From assembly GCF_009914755.1 (NCBI RefSeq), contig NC_060947.1: DNA of 64,000 nucleotides. One strand, given 5' to 3'. Made by a program: the position numbers and the translations under genes. The notes beneath the pieces are model-generated. The model was not told the DNA's origin. It did no database searches and worked only from the letters and a program-made list of their open reading frames with translations. Shown here in pieces: positions 60,345 through 64,000 of this stretch. Positions within the stretch are counted from its first letter, which is position 1. Each line of letters starts with the position of its first letter. The stretch comes from the human T2T-CHM13v2.0 reference genome, Homo sapiens.

Positions 60345-61920
60345 AAAATTAAAAGGGCTTGTTCAGCAAAGGCAGTAAGTAAAGTTAAAAGACAAGCTGC
60401 AGGCTGGGAAAGGATATTTACAAAGCATGAGGGATTAGTATCCTTCAAATCAATAACAAAAAGACTAACAACCAAATAGAATAACGAGCAAATGATATGA
60501 ATAGGCAATTCTCAGAAAAGGAAACCCACATGGCCAATAAACACATGGAAAGCTAATAAACCTCACTAATAAATGGGAAAATGCACATTAAAACACAGTG
60601 AGACATTATTTCATACCTATGAAATTGATGAAATATTTAAGACTGACAATACTGAGGGCTGGAGATGTGGAACCCCCATGAACTATCTGTGGAAGTATAA
60701 AGTGGTACAACAACTTTGGAGAACAATTTGGCAATATCTAGTAAAGTTGAAGATGCATACCTTCCGCAACCCAGCAACACCACTTTAAGGTGAAAAATAT
60801 CTCACACACATGCACAAAATGACATGAAAAAATGATGTGTATAGGAATGCTTTTCGTAATAGTAAAAAATGAGAAGCAATCTGAGACATCCATCAACAAG
60901 GAAATTGACAAATACATTAAGAAATAGTCATTCATAAAATGAAATATTCTACAGCTGTTAAAATGAATGGATATGTATAGTAATATAGATAAATCTCAAA
61001 AATATAGAGTGAAAAAAGCAAGTTACTTTATGATACATACAGTATTATACAAATTTTACAAACATTTAAACTATGCCAAATACTGTTCCTAAATTCATAC
61101 ATGTGTACAAACACATGGCTGGTAAAGGGCCACACCAACTTCGGGGGGGTACTTCCTCTGGGTATGAAGGGAGGGAAATTTCATTAGGGAAGGGCACAAA
61201 GTAAACTTCAACTGGTATATGGTATATCTGTATTCTTAAGTGGCTGGAAACAAATACAGAAAATATTAATGTTTGGTAAATCTGTATGGTGAGTATAACT
61301 GTACGGTAGTTCTCCCTTAACTGCAGTTTTGCTTTCCACAGTTTCAGTTATCTGTGGTCAAGCACAGTCTGGAAATATTAAATGGAAAATTCCAGAAATA
61401 AACAATTCCTAAGTTTTAAATTGTACACCATTCTGAGTAGCACAATTGAATCTCACTCATTCTACTCCATTTCATCTGAGGCATGGATGATTTACGGCCT
61501 CATTCAGAGTAGCCATGCTGTATACACTACCTACCCATTAGTCACTTAGTAGACCTCTCAGTTATCATGTCAATAGATTACAAGAGGAAGAAGGCTGAGT
61601 ACAATGCATAAGATATTATGAGAGAGAGAAAAAGAGAGAGAGGGAGGAAGAGGAGGACCATATTAATATAACTTATTACAGTATATTGTTATAGTTGTTC
61701 TATTTTATTATTGGTTATTGTTGTTAATCTCTTACTGTACCTAATTTATATATTAAGCTTTATCATAGGTAGGTATAGGAAAAAATATAGCATTATATAA
61801 GGTTCAGTACCATCCATGGTTTTAGGTTTCCACTGGGAATCTGGGAACATATTCCCTGCAGAAAAAAAGGACTACTGTATACCATGTTTTCTCTATATTT
61901 AAAATTTTTCATAATACGAT
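60345..61920 (+). mobile_element. Old L1ME-class 3' region split by MER44
   Basis: gttaaaagacaagc...ggcaattctcagaaaaggaaac...caactttggagaacaatttggcaatatctagtaaagttgaagatgc. Confidence 0.8.
61304..61877. mobile_element. MER44B-like (Tigger7-family) MITE
   Basis: TA|cggtagttctccctta ... aaggactactg|TA termini; gtttcagttatctgtggtcaa, aaatggaaaattccagaaataaac. Confidence 0.88.
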
Positions 61921-63074
61921 GTTTTATGAAAGAATAGAGAAGTGTGTTTTCTTTACAACTATCAATAGTCACATTCAAAAACTAAAGTTAACCATGTGGT
62001 AGACATTATGTCAACTCTGAACCCTGCTTTGTCAGCCATCAACTTACACAGTCCAAACAGACAGAGTTGGGCTTTGGTGCCCTTTTTGTAAATAAATAAA
62101 TAAAAGTCCCACAAAGAGATAAGCATATGTAATTACACATTATAGTCGTTCACCATATGTATTGTCAAGTGCATACCAGGATCACATTTAAAACCATTCA
62201 TTTTCTGTGCCTCAGAAGTGCTAGCATCTGCAGACATTAGATCCATATTCAAGCCAGTGAGATGAGTTACCATGGCCCTCTGTTAATTATACACAACATT
62301 CTCTACTTTCCTTGTGAAGAGTGCTGTGCTTGGCTTGGGTCCAGACATCAATTTGTGGGGTAAAGTGTTTTTAGGTTTAAGAAAAAACAAGGCAGTGGTT
62401 TGTTGCTTTGTAAATGGTGTAGGAAAATTTTTAAAAGTGAACAAGAGATAATTCAAACATATACAACTGAAAGCTTGTTAGTAGCTAGAGCTCAGTGAAG
62501 GAAGAAAATCCTAGAAAGTCTGGGAAGGAAATGACTTCAACTAATTTTAGAAAGTGATTTATATGGTCTTAAAATGGTTTAAAAATAAATGGTCATTATT
62601 CAAATCACATAGACCAGTGGTTTCTGAGTCTATGTTAATATCAGGAAATTATACTCACTTATTGGGGCTTGGATAGATAAAACAGCCTGTGTGTTGATGG
62701 ACACAACTCTACTAAATAGAGTAACTAACCCAGCCAAAATGCAGAAACTTGTTAAAAGCATCTAAATTCATGGTCAGTGCAAATACACAATTATCTGCAG
62801 TCGGGATAACCAAAATAAACAACACTCAGAACCATAAGAAGGTTCTAAAAAACATTCAAGATTGAGAACTTGACTTTTATGAGTTAGAAAAGTAATCAAC
62901 GAGCAAAAGCAGTTCATGCTAGGCCAGGGTTTCATCCATTCAGTGTATTCAGGGACAAAGCCAACAATTCACAAGGTCTGAAAAGCCATGCAGTTTCTCC
63001 AAGTTTAGGCAGAGGCACAGCTACCTGTAAATGGGTTGATATCTAAGTGTAGATAGATATACACACCAAATTAC

Positions 63075-63440
63075 TGCACAACTTTGCAGTGATTCTGCCC
63101 CCTCTGACTGGAATGCTCTTCCCCACTTCTCTTTGCTAGGTTGCAATTACTCATTCTCTAAAAGCCTCAGCATGAACATTACTTCTGTGGGAAGCATTTC
63201 TACCTTTTCTACCCTCTACATCTAAGGTTCTGCTAGGTACTCTACTATGCTCTGACAATCCCCCATTACAGTACTTAAACTTTTTAAAGAGTCTGTTGTC
63301 TTCCTTATTTGGCCATAAGCTCATGAGCCAAGAGTCATTCCTGTCTTGATTATTATATTTTTCCCCCAGCATATTACAGTATCTGGCATATAGTAGAACT
63401 TAATAAATATCTGTTGACTATATTAATGAATAAATAAATA
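63075..63440 (+). mobile_element. L2 3' region
   Basis: ctggaatgctcttcccc...cagtatctggcatatagtagaacttaataaatatctgttga. Confidence 0.7.
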
Positions 63441-64000
63441 GATACATAGCCAGATAAAAGTATATTAATGTCCATCCAATTCTACACAGTTCAAAGTAAC
63501 CATTTTTTAAAAGCCAATGAGGAAAAAAAGTATGTTTGAAAACATGAGGATTTATGTGTGCATGTCTCTTTAAGTTTGATGATGATGGTGAAGTGTGCAT
63601 GTGTTTATGGGTAAGGGAGGGGCTTTCTAAATACACAAATACTGGTATACATAAATAATTCCTGAAGAGTCATAATTCCTCGGATTTATGTATTTATGCT
63701 CAAACTGTTTCCATCCATGTTTCATTTATTCTTACAACCTCCAAGCAAAAGAGATAAGGACAGATATTATCATTGTCATTTTTCCGAAGAGGAAATGGAT
63801 TGAGAAGTGATGTGAACCTGCTCAACTGCAAATGGTATCCCAATATCCGAGTTGATGCTCCAGCCACTAGAACGGTGTAACCTGGTAAGATCACAATTAT
63901 TACCACAATCTTTTTAGAGCAAGAAAAATAGATATGAGCAAATATCTGAGGCAGAAAGCAAGCCCATAATTCATACTAACTAATCTGCTTTGTGGTCTCT

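Overview
Human-type (hominid) intronic DNA: AT-rich, no CpG island, and dominated by interspersed repeats (L1, Alu, MIR, L2, MaLR/ERVL solo LTRs, Tigger and hAT MITEs). There is no complete protein-coding gene, and nearly all ORFs in the track are repeat-derived or chance. One clear minus-strand spliceosomal exon (19466..19323, 144 nt, ttctttag|GATTG...TTCAG|gtaagc) is recognised from memory as a 5'-leader exon of ENOX2, which would put the window inside that gene's long 5' introns; this needs a BLAT check. The exon has exactly one fully open frame. That frame has no AUG and ends in a KKRKR NLS-like motif, making it a candidate non-AUG N-terminal extension, and it overlaps an out-of-frame uAUG in strong context. 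A second well-formed 91-nt candidate exon (45037..44947) would splice to it in frame. Mobile-DNA highlights are a very young ACG/A-type L1 in sense orientation to the host gene, a BC200 retrocopy, a twin-primed L1, a close inverted Alu pair, an L1 endonuclease site used twice, and an ~11 kb nested L1MA/Tigger4a/full-length L1PA7 block. Repeat subfamily names come from recalled consensus sequences, and boundaries of old repeats are approximate. I found no evidence of a novel multi-gene system.
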